IMG/VR virus record: IMGVR_UViG_3300012944_000029
Span: 1 to 53,777 of that record
Source: a virus
Taxonomy: Duplodnaviria; Caudoviricetes
DNA length: 53,777 nt
Reading direction: 5' to 3' (one strand)
Both the position numbers and the translations under genes were made by a program. The notes under the pieces are model-generated. The model saw only the letters and a program-made list of their open reading frames with translations, was not told the origin of the DNA and ran no database searches. Shown here piece by piece: positions 25,922 to 34,346 of the stretch. Each line of letters begins with the position of its first letter. Position 1 is the first letter of the stretch.

Positions 25922-27717
25922 TTCGTCACAAATTCAATCTCAGGCTCTGAAAACGACGCGCTTTCACCGTAAATGGCGTCCACTTCGCTCTCCAATCGTG
26001 ATCCTTCGCGTTCCAGCGTCATTTGGATCGGGGAATCAACCAGAAGCCCGAATCTTTCACGGCAAATATGGATGACCCCCGCCGCGGCATCTCCCTTGCC
26101 TGGAGAACGCCCGATTCTGAGCTTCATTCGCTTTTTTGACTCAGCCTCGATGCGCAAGCCTGATGGAGATTTTACGGTGGTGTACTTCCGAGCCTTCCAA
26201 TCACGCGCAAGCTCCTTGGAAACACCCCTAATCTGTCCCGCTCGCATAAGATCAGATCCGATGTACCACAATTCCGTGACTTTATTGACATAGAACTCTT
26301 TCGCCTTCTTGCCATCCTGTCCAACAGCCATTTCGGAGGCTGCGCCCGAGAAAGTGCACGGAACCACATCGGGACTCCACACTTCTCTCAAGATTTCACC
26401 AAACGGCAGGCCCGCGCCTGTGTTGTCCCAGCCGGCATTGGCCGGAATGATGCCTTCCCTCAGGCACATGTCGCGGTACTGGCGCGCGATCTGGAATGAG
26501 TGCGTGTCTTTCTTCAGGTTGACGTTTTCCTTGAGCACATCGAACCGAATAAATGCCACTGTCTCCTTGCCGTCGCTGGTCTGGCCGTACCAAGCGAAAT
26601 AAACCACCGATTCATCGCCGTCGTTCGTGAATCCCGGGTCGAGGAACGCGACTTTGGTCCTGGTCGTGTACCAAATCGGTTCGTCGTACGCTTTCCCGGC
26701 GATGAAATCAGCGTCTGAAAAGATTTTGTGCTCCTCTCCGGACGGGCACGGGAACGAGCGCACCATACGCCAGAATTGGGCGGTGTTTTCGCCCTTGGCT
26801 AAGTGCTCTTTGAGGTTTTTGGTGTTGTAAATGAACGGATAAACGTCCCGATCGAGGAGCACGTTAGGGCTTTGAGTGCCGTCGAACCGAATGCATTTGC
26901 CGTAATGCGTGTCCCACTCGGTATCCTCTGGCGTGACTGAGCCCCAGCCGTCTTTTGGCTCAGAGAATGTGCCCAGAGGATCGTCGATCGAATTGAAATT
27001 GCCAATCCCGATGAATTGGAAGTAAGGATTTGTCGCCAGATTATAAAAAGCAGCTGTCATCAGGGCTTCCGACAGCTCTGGAAGCTCATCTGCAATCATG
27101 ATCACGCGCTTATTCTTGCGCCCGATGATCTTTCCGACCGCTTCCTTCTCCTTTTTCTTTTCTCCGGGGATCAGCGTGATGCCAGACTTGTCGCTCTTGC
27201 CATATTCAGGTGGGAGTTTCAGGATTCCGAGAGAATCGACGAACTTCCCGGGCAATCCAGGATGCGCGAGATAATATTCCCTGATCGACCCCCAGATGCG
27301 TTGCCTGGAATCCTTGAGTGATGTGGATGTCACCAGGACCATCGTGTTGGTCGGGTCAGCGAGCCAGTTGATAATCCCCCAAATGGCAGCCCAATCCGTT
27401 TTTCCGCTCGAAGCGCACCCAATCAGAGCAAGGTAATTATTCGCGCACGCTTCCTCAGTGGCCTTCTCTGCCCATGGATGCCAGACGAACGGCTTGGTTT
27501 TCTTGTTCCAGAGGATCTTGGCCGCTTCCATGAAATGGCCGGCCTTACCGATGCCGCCATTCTCCGGCATGCGCCCTTCAAGGAAGCAGTTTAGCTCAAT
27601 ATCGAGATCCGAAAGAACTGGCACAGGCGCATGAGCATCCTGGACGAAGGCGTAGATCGGACCGTACTTCGTCTCAATCTTGTGGGCTAACTCGCGAGTG
27701 ATATTTTGTGTTGACAT
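25918..27717 (-). CDS. terL: Terminase large subunit
   Basis: Walker A GCASSGKT, Walker B IMIADE, coupling motif IGN, nuclease LDPG and C-terminal SPGKGDA. Confidence 0.9.
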   Translation of the reverse strand: MSTQNITRELAHKIETKYGPIYAFVQDAHAPVPVLSDLDIELNCFLEGRMPENGGIGKAGHFMEAAKILWNKKTKPFVWHPWAEKATEEACANNYLALIGCASSGKTDWAAIWGIINWLADPTNTMVLVTSTSLKDSRQRIWGSIREYYLAHPGLPGKFVDSLGILKLPPEYGKSDKSGITLIPGEKKKEKEAVGKIIGRKNKRVIMIADELPELSEALMTAAFYNLATNPYFQFIGIGNFNSIDDPLGTFSEPKDGWGSVTPEDTEWDTHYGKCIRFDGTQSPNVLLDRDVYPFIYNTKNLKEHLAKGENTAQFWRMVRSFPCPSGEEHKIFSDADFIAGKAYDEPIWYTTRTKVAFLDPGFTNDGDESVVYFAWYGQTSDGKETVAFIRFDVLKENVNLKKDTHSFQIARQYRDMCLREGIIPANAGWDNTGAGLPFGEILREVWSPDVVPCTFSGAASEMAVGQDGKKAKEFYVNKVTELWYIGSDLMRAGQIRGVSKELARDWKARKYTTVKSPSGLRIEAESKKRMKLRIGRSPGKGDAAAGVIHICRERFGLLVDSPIQMTLEREGSRLESEVDAIYGESASFSEPEIEFVTN

Positions 27718-27738
27718 GAATCATTGTGCCTGTATCGT
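27711..27738 (+). promoter_or_regulatory. Rightward promoter for the early block, overlapping the terL start
   Basis: TTGACA-N16-TATCGT. Confidence 0.5.
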
Positions 27739-27870
27739 GAGCACCGTGAGCAACGCCAAGATGCCAAGCCGACGCGATCAGCGCAGGATAGATGCGCCTG
27801 CCAAGATAGCAACGGCGAAACTTAAACTCCAAAGATTTCACAGCATGAAGCGCTATAGCCAAAAGGGAAG

Positions 27871-28185
27871 ATGAAGCTGACCGATCTATTCAAAGGACCA
27901 GAGCAATGGTGCAAGGGAAGGTTTGCCAGAAACATAAAAGGAGAATCCGTTCAGCCCGATTCCGTGGAGGCCTACCAATGGTGCGTGATGGGAAGGTGGC
28001 TGATTTTGGCGACCAAAGAACCATTTAATCCTCTTTTACAAGCATGCAATGAACTTTTCCCCACAAGGAAAAGTACCGACTTTGGAACTATGTCATCGTT
28101 TAATGACCATCCCGACACCACTTTTGACGACGTCCAGGCCGTCCTGGAACGTGCAGAACAGATAAGAACACAAGAATCGAAATGA
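27871..28185 (+). CDS. Conserved phage hypothetical (DUF6197-like)
   Basis: WCKG-FAR...WC-MG...FND-P-TT-DV pattern. Confidence 0.7.
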   Translation: MKLTDLFKGPEQWCKGRFARNIKGESVQPDSVEAYQWCVMGRWLILATKEPFNPLLQACNELFPTRKSTDFGTMSSFNDHPDTTFDDVQAVLERAEQIRTQESK

Positions 28186-28442
28186 CACCCGTAATTGACT
28201 ACGCCGCGCTCAAGATCGAGCATGGCCTCACCGTGGCCCCTCCTGAGAGCGGTAAGAACTCTCCCTCGCGAAAGTTTCTCCAGGGCCTGAAGTCGGGGGA
28301 TTCATTCACCGTGAAGAATATCCGGGAACGGAACAAGTTCATCTTCGTCGAGTGGCGCTGGAAGATTCCCATCACAACGCGGAAGCTGTCCCCGAGCGAG
28401 TTCATCAAGGGCGTGAGGGAATATCGGATTCACAAGGATTGA
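28182..28442 (+). CDS. Small putative DNA-binding protein
   Basis: KIE-G...LKSGDSF-V...TTRK...YRI pattern; coupled start. Confidence 0.65.
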   Translation: MTPVIDYAALKIEHGLTVAPPESGKNSPSRKFLQGLKSGDSFTVKNIRERNKFIFVEWRWKIPITTRKLSPSEFIKGVREYRIHKD

Positions 28443-28444
28443 CA

Positions 28445-28630
28445 ATGAAGAATATAGAATCTGAATTTGATATCCGGTCGCTTCGGGACAAGGTGTTCGA
28501 TGTCCCAACAACAGACAAGAATTGGGAAGCCTGCAAAGCTCATTGGATGCGTCTCGATTCCATTGCGTGGCTGAAGTCAAAAGAGTCCATTTCCCTGAGA
28601 GCGCAAGAGATTTTGGAGGGCAAGAAGTGA
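28445..28630 (+). CDS. Hypothetical protein
   Basis: AAGGA SD; coupled to the next ORF. Confidence 0.55.
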   Translation: MKNIESEFDIRSLRDKVFDVPTTDKNWEACKAHWMRLDSIAWLKSKESISLRAQEILEGKK

Positions 28631-28962
28631 CATGGCCCGAAGAGAAAGGATTTGTCCGTGACCCCAAGACCGGAGAATACTGGAAGCCCGATCGTAAGAT
28701 TGAAAATCCGGGGCATCGATCATATCCCGTCATTCAAGAACCGCAAGCGGGCCATATTCGACGTAAAGAAAGGCCACATGCGGACTTTGACGCCAGCAAG
28801 CGTCAAAAAAAGGATGGACTCCCTGGAAAACGCTATCGTGTCAGCGTTGTATTCCGCGTGTCAGATAAGCGAAGACGTGATGCATTCGGAATGCTTGAAA
28901 CGGTTGCGGACTGCCTTGTCAGGGCTTTGCGACGATTCAATCAAGGAAATTCCGTGCGGTGA
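28627..28962 (+). CDS. RusA-like protein, frame B (central catalytic motif)
   Basis: GTG overlaps the upstream TGA; RVSVVFRVSDKRRRDAFGMLETVADCLVRA. Confidence 0.55.
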   Translation: MTWPEEKGFVRDPKTGEYWKPDRKIENPGHRSYPVIQEPQAGHIRRKERPHADFDASKRQKKDGLPGKRYRVSVVFRVSDKRRRDAFGMLETVADCLVRALRRFNQGNSVR

Positions 28963-29029
28963 CTGGGACACTATTTACGTTCCAAATGGTGAAGAGGGCG
29001 CTGACATTCTGGTCGAGAGGCTGACGTGA
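28652..29029 (+). CDS. RusA-like protein, frame A (N- and C-terminal motifs)
   Basis: IPSFKNRKR N-motif; DDSIKEI...V..GEEGADILVE C-motif. Confidence 0.55.
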   Translation: MSVTPRPENTGSPIVRLKIRGIDHIPSFKNRKRAIFDVKKGHMRTLTPASVKKRMDSLENAIVSALYSACQISEDVMHSECLKRLRTALSGLCDDSIKEIPCGDWDTIYVPNGEEGADILVERLT

Positions 29030-29066
29030 ACATGGACCACAACCGATCGCGTCAGGAAAGGGAAAA

Positions 29067-29276
29067 GTGAGCGACAAGATTCGTCTATCAAACGACACCA
29101 AAATCAAGTTTTGCAATGCAGTGGATGCGCTCCGACGCCACGGGATTTGGTGCCGCGATTGCGCCACATATCTCAAGTGGGGCGATGGGGACCTCTGCGA
29201 GATCGGAAAAAACATTGTGGCCCGCGAGTTGGCCTATGCGGACACGAACGTCGAGTTTCCGGGAGAAGGTTTATGA
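29067..29276 (+). CDS. Hypothetical Cys-containing protein
   Basis: SD plus coupled ORF; CRDC...C. Confidence 0.6.
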   Translation: MSDKIRLSNDTKIKFCNAVDALRRHGIWCRDCATYLKWGDGDLCEIGKNIVARELAYADTNVEFPGEGL

Positions 29277-30256
29277 ACCTCATAACGGCCACCGACGCCC
29301 GCGTCATTTCTGGCGGGCGCATCTTTCGCATTCATGGAGGCCAGAATCTTTACGACATTTTGCGCCTGGCTGAAAAGGTTTTTGGAAGCATCGTGATCTT
29401 CGATCCTGGTTCTTTCGAAATGCCAGACCTTTTCGAATACGAAAATATCTCGGCTATCGTCGGCGCTCCCAAATGCCAGAGCTGCCTAGTCCGTTACGGC
29501 AACGGCATTTTTAAGAGTGTCCAGAAATACGCGCACACAGACATTCGTCGCGAGGTTGGAGATTTTTCGATCCTGGATAAAGCCGAGACATCTCTTGGTG
29601 CTCTGGAGTTTGGCGGCAGTCAAGGCGGACACGTTCACGATATTTTCACGGCAGGCGCGGCGGCTGACCTGTTGCAACTGACAAATGCCGAGCCTGTCGA
29701 GAATCCGCCACTCGGTCATGCTTTTGGAACTTGGACGGAGAACTGGACCGTCGAACGGATCATGATTTCGTCGTGCAATCAGGGTGCAATTCGCACGAAG
29801 GTTTTGGACGGCCAAAGGAGGTTTCAATCGTTCTGCAATTTGAACCTCCTAAATATTCAAATGGGCCTGATAATCCCTGGCTGCATCGGTGTGGATTTTG
29901 GGGACCACTCCAACGCCTATTGCGGACATTTCGGATTCAAGTTTAACATCGAGCAAAGTGCGATTGACCCCAGCGGTATAATCACGCCGGCAACCTGCAT
30001 TAACGTCCAAAACAATTGCACGATCCATGGTGCGTGGGATTCGTATGTGGAAGGCAACCCGATTCGGAACGAGGAAGGCAATGTCATCACGCCCGCAGGC
30101 CGACGCATCGCCGTTCACCCTACGGCCCGAGTGACGGGCCACGGAAAGTTTTACCGTCAGGATCCTGAGGCTATCACTGATTTGCTCACGCCCGGAGTGA
30201 CGTGGGATGGGAAAGCAGGCGGACTCGTAGAGGATGGGATTTTAGCTGATCAGTAA
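29273..30256 (+). CDS. Putative right-handed beta-helix (pectate-lyase-like) protein
   Basis: ATG 29273 overlaps the upstream stop; IFDPGSFEM cap and repeating I/N/G beta strands. Confidence 0.5.
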   Translation: MNLITATDARVISGGRIFRIHGGQNLYDILRLAEKVFGSIVIFDPGSFEMPDLFEYENISAIVGAPKCQSCLVRYGNGIFKSVQKYAHTDIRREVGDFSILDKAETSLGALEFGGSQGGHVHDIFTAGAAADLLQLTNAEPVENPPLGHAFGTWTENWTVERIMISSCNQGAIRTKVLDGQRRFQSFCNLNLLNIQMGLIIPGCIGVDFGDHSNAYCGHFGFKFNIEQSAIDPSGIITPATCINVQNNCTIHGAWDSYVEGNPIRNEEGNVITPAGRRIAVHPTARVTGHGKFYRQDPEAITDLLTPGVTWDGKAGGLVEDGILADQ

Positions 30257-30271
30257 TTATGAACTGAATTT

Positions 30272-30520
30272 ATGGCAATTCTATCCACCATTGAATGTGA
30301 GCGGTGCGGGAAGATTAAAGACGTAGGCCACATGCCAAGTCAGCCAACGCCGCGCATCTGCCGAGAGTGCGATGGCGAAATTGCGGCCGGATCAAAACGG
30401 GAACACCTTGAAAAACTACAGCGGCTGTCTGTCGGAGAACGCCTCTCGCGGATCGAGGAACGACTTTACAACGACGCCAAAAATCCCACACCAATCTATT
30501 GGAACGGGCCAATAGGATGA
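30272..30520 (+). CDS. Zn-finger hypothetical protein
   Basis: CERC...CREC plus C-terminal helix. Confidence 0.65.
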   Translation: MAILSTIECERCGKIKDVGHMPSQPTPRICRECDGEIAAGSKREHLEKLQRLSVGERLSRIEERLYNDAKNPTPIYWNGPIG

Positions 30521-30663
30521 AAATTACTTTGCGCCCGGTCAATGGAACTACCGGTGCTAAACAGAGCCAGTCACCCCGGCCATTGGATTAGCGCGCCTCT
30601 GCGGCTCGGGCGGGGTGCAAAAGAGCCGCACTGAATTTTGTAACACGATCTGTCTTGGTAGGT

Positions 30664-30855
30664 ATGAAATCAATTACCGTAAGAAGTGGAAGCGAAACTC
30701 AATGCTACTGCCGAGACTGCTTGTTGGAGTTTGAGATCACCCTGGAGCCAAACATGGCCGATATGGATTACGAAACGGCAAAGAAGAATGGGGCCGGAGT
30801 CAGGACAATCAACCATTGCCCGTTTTGCGGTAAAGTGAACCTGGACGAATTATGA
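30664..30855 (+). CDS. Zn-ribbon hypothetical protein
   Basis: CRDC...CPFCG. Confidence 0.65.
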   Translation: MKSITVRSGSETQCYCRDCLLEFEITLEPNMADMDYETAKKNGAGVRTINHCPFCGKVNLDEL

Positions 30856-31064
30856 CCAAGCCCAAACCCAAAACCTCTCTGAATCCGTGCCCATTCTGCG
30901 GCTCCAATTCAAGCCAGTTTTTAGAATCAGAATACGGAGTTGCTGAGGTAGGCTGTGCAAGTGAATCATGTGGGGCTAGCGTTGGCATACCCGTAACGCA
31001 TCAAACCTCAGAAGAGGAAGCACTGTCCGAAGCCCGTCGGCGATGGAACCGGAGAGTGAAATGA
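30852..31064 (+). CDS. Lar-family restriction alleviation protein
   Basis: LNPCPFCG...V-C..CGA...EA..RWNRR signature. Confidence 0.8.
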   Translation: MTKPKPKTSLNPCPFCGSNSSQFLESEYGVAEVGCASESCGASVGIPVTHQTSEEEALSEARRRWNRRVK

Positions 31065-31339
31065 AATCCAAACGCCGCTGGTATCAGCAAGGCAAGAAGC
31101 CAATCTCCGAGGCTCGACTTTTGCAGGTGCTGAACAATCTTGCGGAAGGCGAATACGACCAGGGAACACGCGCTGAGTTGATCGAGTGCTGTGGCTATTT
31201 GAGCGAAAAAAATAGTGATCTATCCGCCAAATACGCGCACTTTAAAGTTGCTGCAATGGCAGAGGTATTGGAAGCGATCAGTCGAGCTTCAAATGAAAGC
31301 GACGACCTGTTTAAACCGATTCGGAACCGGAGAGTGAAA
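31045..31339 (+). repeat. 17-bp direct repeat GGAACCGGAGAGTGAAA flanking gene 31061..31345
   Basis: Exact copies at 31045-31061 and 31323-31339. Confidence 0.85.
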
Positions 31340-31345
31340 CTGTGA
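31061..31345 (+). CDS. Hypothetical protein
   Basis: Coupled ATGA start. Confidence 0.65.
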   Translation: MKSKRRWYQQGKKPISEARLLQVLNNLAEGEYDQGTRAELIECCGYLSEKNSDLSAKYAHFKVAAMAEVLEAISRASNESDDLFKPIRNRRVKL

Positions 31346-31950
31346 GCGAGATCACCGAAATTTGGGATGAGGTTGAGCGAATGAACAAAGAACTCGGCCT
31401 GGATTACCCCACGGAGGAACTTTACAAAGCCCTTCGCCTGCTCGCCGCCAAGGTCGAGGCGCTGGAGAAACGGCAGCCCGTTTGGGAGCGCTACGTTGAC
31501 GACGCGCCCGGGATGCACGTTGAGCATCCCAAGCGCCCCACTCCCGACGACGGCACCACGATCCGCACGGGAGCGAACGTGCTGGAGCAGCGCGCCGGCC
31601 CCAAGCCCACGCCCGAGGCGCAGCAGGATCAGGAACGCACGACCGTGAAGGACTCCATATTCGAGCTTACCGAGCAGTTGCATGGGCTCACGCTTGAGGA
31701 AGCCTTCCGCGCAGGACAGGCTGCTTCCGATGCCGATCTGGCGCGCCTCCGGGACGCGCTGCGGTGGAGGAATGCGGGGAAGGAGAAGCCACCCGACACC
31801 ACCAAGGTTGTCTGTTTTTGGAAAGACGACCCAATGGTGATTTTATCGAGATGGTCCGAGCCTGAGAATCGGTGGATGAATCAAGCATTGTCGTTTTCAC
31901 CCGACTACTGGCTTCCGCTGCCTCCACTGCCTCAGGAGGCACAGGAGTGA
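31342..31950 (+). CDS. DUF551-like domain protein
   Basis: C-terminal WRNAGKEKPP...YWLPLPPLP. Confidence 0.7.
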   Translation: MSEITEIWDEVERMNKELGLDYPTEELYKALRLLAAKVEALEKRQPVWERYVDDAPGMHVEHPKRPTPDDGTTIRTGANVLEQRAGPKPTPEAQQDQERTTVKDSIFELTEQLHGLTLEEAFRAGQAASDADLARLRDALRWRNAGKEKPPDTTKVVCFWKDDPMVILSRWSEPENRWMNQALSFSPDYWLPLPPLPQEAQE

Positions 31951-32174
31951 GCTCGTGGAGCCACAGAATTGAGGAGTTAACATTCCGAGATGGTTATCAT
32001 CCTTGCGGATCATGTTCTAAGAAAGCAAGCCATCGAGCGTCTTATGAATTTCAAGAGTCAGGAACAGTACGAGTAAGGATTCTCTATTTTTGTGTCAAGT
32101 GTTCAGAAGAATGGCAGCGTAAACCGTGCTTTATAACTACCGGAAAAACGCTACTGCAGGAGGCCAAGCCGTGA
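31947..32174 (+). CDS. Zn-finger hypothetical protein
   Basis: CGSC...FCVKC; coupled. Confidence 0.6.
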   Translation: MSSWSHRIEELTFRDGYHPCGSCSKKASHRASYEFQESGTVRVRILYFCVKCSEEWQRKPCFITTGKTLLQEAKP

Positions 32175-32371
32175 GTGAACTTTTCGAAGCTCTTGTGGCG
32201 ATCGCACTGCTCTACGGCCACCAGGCAGCCGAGAGTGTGAGAGAAGTGGCTGAGACTGATCCTGCCTGGGCGATGGACGTTGCTATGGCAGCTTTGGACC
32301 CCACCGTTCTATGGGAAAAACATCATATCGACAAGGGACAGCGCAAGGCTGATTGGGAGGCAATGTCGTGA
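32171..32371 (+). CDS. Hypothetical protein
   Basis: GGAGG SD; coupled. Confidence 0.6.
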   Translation: MSELFEALVAIALLYGHQAAESVREVAETDPAWAMDVAMAALDPTVLWEKHHIDKGQRKADWEAMS

Positions 32372-32736
32372 TCCTCTGGCCGTGCATCCACGACGAGGGA
32401 TCAACCGAGGTCCACCAACCGGCAATCGCGTTCTATGAGTTCGAGGCGATGCTCCAGGATAGCCGTTATCTCGCTTTCCTCGCGTCTTTACCGGATGAGG
32501 AGTATCGTCGCCGACGGCTATGGTCGAATAATCCTGTAATACCCATCGTGGACCCCACCAATGACCGCCAAGGCCCACAGGGCGCAGAGCACCACGATGG
32601 CGACCAGAAGCCAGTTCTTGAGAGGGTCAGGCGTGCCGACCTTACCCACGGCCCAATAGAACAGGGCACCAATCGCGGCGATGAGGAGCACATTCAAAAG
32701 AATTGTGAGCATGCTGGTAAATTAGTCCTATGCTAA
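32368..32736 (+). CDS. Hypothetical protein overlapping an antisense gene
   Basis: GGAGG SD and GTGA coupling; reads through the minus-strand membrane gene. Confidence 0.45.
   Translation: MILWPCIHDEGSTEVHQPAIAFYEFEAMLQDSRYLAFLASLPDEEYRRRRLWSNNPVIPIVDPTNDRQGPQGAEHHDGDQKPVLERVRRADLTHGPIEQGTNRGDEEHIQKNCEHAGKLVLC
32518..32712 (-). CDS. Two-TM small membrane protein with its own leaderless promoter
   Basis: Two hydrophobic helices with a Pro turn; TTGACG-N17-TAATTT ends 6 nt before the ATG. Confidence 0.75.
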   Translation of the reverse strand: MLTILLNVLLIAAIGALFYWAVGKVGTPDPLKNWLLVAIVVLCALWALAVIGGVHDGYYRIIRP

Positions 32737-32746
32737 GGAGGCGTCA

Positions 32747-32977
32747 ATGATGGACAAAGAATCCCAGGAAGAAGTGGTGAAGCGCGCGGCGGCATCGCTC
32801 CATGAGCATTTCGATAACGTCAGAATCTTCGTATCGAGCGTGGTTCCGGGCGATGACATTAGCCGGTTTTATTCATTCGGGTTGGGGAACTGGTTCGCCC
32901 AATACGGCCAAGTCCAGGACTGGATTGTCAGTTCCAATGAGCAGACCAGGATCGGGCAACGATCTCAAGAAACATGA
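32747..32977 (+). CDS. Conserved phage hypothetical
   Basis: AAGGAGG SD; L-EHFD-V-IF...G-GNWFA-YG motif. Confidence 0.75.
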   Translation: MMDKESQEEVVKRAAASLHEHFDNVRIFVSSVVPGDDISRFYSFGLGNWFAQYGQVQDWIVSSNEQTRIGQRSQET

Positions 32978-33122
32978 TCCTGATGCTCCACCTCACGGAC
33001 ACGACACGAGCTCGGGTCAAAGGGCGGATCAAATATTACTGCCCATCGTGCGGACATCTCCTGAAATCGGAGGGTTACTGGCACCTGTGCCACACCTGCA
33101 ATATCGTGTGGAGGGTGGAGAC

Positions 33123-33308
33123 GTGAACCCATATTCAAAACGGTTCCTGAAATTTCTCGATGGCTTCGACGAAGAAATGCAATACCGCCTGAAGGAACGT
33201 CACGCCATTCACGTTGACTCACATTGCACGCCGGACCAGGCCGAGGAACTCACCATCTCCCAGGTGAAGGACCAAATGCCTGGAGAGCCTACGCTATTCA
33301 GATTATGA
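33123..33308 (+). CDS. Hypothetical protein (preceded by 50-aa Zn-ribbon ORF 32974..33126)
   Basis: GGAG SD; chain of overlapping stop/start codons. Confidence 0.55.
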   Translation: MNPYSKRFLKFLDGFDEEMQYRLKERHAIHVDSHCTPDQAEELTISQVKDQMPGEPTLFRL

Positions 33309-33514
33309 AACCTGAGCTTTCGAATGATTCCGGTCGCGTCGAGACATTCAAATTCGATCTCGGTTCCCGTGTCATCATCCGCGAGATCCAGCGTCCTGGG
33401 CGTGTGGAAGCGCTCATGGTTGACTTCTTGGGGCCACAATACCGTGTGGCGTTCTGGGACAATAGCAAGCGCGAGACTGCCTGGCTCGGCCCTGACGAAT
33501 TGGACGCACGATAA
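33305..33514 (+). CDS. Small SH3-like hypothetical protein
   Basis: KFDLGSRV...GRV...YRV...W...EL pattern. Confidence 0.65.
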   Translation: MKPELSNDSGRVETFKFDLGSRVIIREIQRPGRVEALMVDFLGPQYRVAFWDNSKRETAWLGPDELDAR

Positions 33515-33522
33515 ACCCTGAA

Positions 33523-33870
33523 ATGATTACCCCTAAATCCATCATAATCACGTCCAAGGACTGCGACCTTACCGGGGACAGGATCATCCGGGCCACATAT
33601 ATGATTCGCTCTGAAATGACCGTTAGTCGTCATATCCTGACGGGAATCTCAGTGCCCGCGAGAAACATCATTCAGGACGCGGTTGAAAGGTGCATCCAAA
33701 AGGTCTGGCGCATGATTTACGGCGACATTAAGGACGACTTGCTCCATCTCAGAATGTCCATTCTTCGGGAATCTGGATTCTCCACAGAGACCGCGGAGGA
33801 ATGCGGTCGGATCATCGCCAAGCTGGATGCACCGATAAAAGACCTCAATGCTGATCCACCCCTAACATGA
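33523..33870 (+). CDS. Hypothetical protein
   Basis: ORF in the operon. Confidence 0.6.
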   Translation: MITPKSIIITSKDCDLTGDRIIRATYMIRSEMTVSRHILTGISVPARNIIQDAVERCIQKVWRMIYGDIKDDLLHLRMSILRESGFSTETAEECGRIIAKLDAPIKDLNADPPLT

Positions 33871-33897
33871 AAAGGCCCCCAGGTTTCCCCAGGGGCC
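33870..33897 (-). terminator. Minus-strand intrinsic terminator
   Basis: GGCCCCTGGG-GAAA-CCTGGGGGCC-TTTT. Confidence 0.7.
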
Positions 33898-33906
33898 AGT
33901 TGAATT

Positions 33907-34167
33907 ATGAAGTCACACCAAGATTATTCGGTGGAGCGCACGACGCGGAACGTCATTGAGCGCAAGTTGCTCTCAGCCATGAATGACGAAACCAAAGTGG
34001 CGATTATCGCCACGAAGCAAGACTTGGAAGACATGATAGCCGCACTCTATGGCTACGAGATCGGTGAGTGGAATGGAAATACGCTATCCTGGGCGGACCA
34101 CATGAAGCGCCGCAAGGATTTGGCTGCCGGAATGACTCAACTTTTGCGCGAGGCTTTCGGAAAATGA
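33907..34167 (+). CDS. Hypothetical protein
   Basis: ORF in the operon. Confidence 0.65.
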   Translation: MKSHQDYSVERTTRNVIERKLLSAMNDETKVAIIATKQDLEDMIAALYGYEIGEWNGNTLSWADHMKRRKDLAAGMTQLLREAFGK

Positions 34168-34346
34168 CTAAGCCCAAACCAAAGCAGTAAGTTCGTAAAC
34201 TTTTACCTCACGCCTTCTGCGTGCGACTGAATGATGGAACGGGTTATATCGTGTGGCCCGGAAAAATCCAACCGCGTGGCCTTGAGCGAGGATCCTGCGG
34301 GTTCGGAAAGACCGCTCACCAAGCATGGACCTCCGTGATCTCCTGA
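34164..34346 (+). pseudogene. Small phage gene with in-frame TAA at codon 9
   Basis: MTKPKPKQ*VRKLLPHAFC...GYIVW...GFGKTAHQAW; coupled ATGA start. Confidence 0.55.

Noticed and set aside
28806-28812. A_AAA_AAG as the RusA-joining -1 frameshift
   Set aside because: The heptamer is phased in frame B and would shift to the third frame rather than A>B, so the mechanism stays open.
30572-30630. HDV-like or hammerhead ribozyme
   Set aside because: Lacks the nested P3/P1.1 and the CUGAnGA/GAAA cores; kept only as a pseudoknot.
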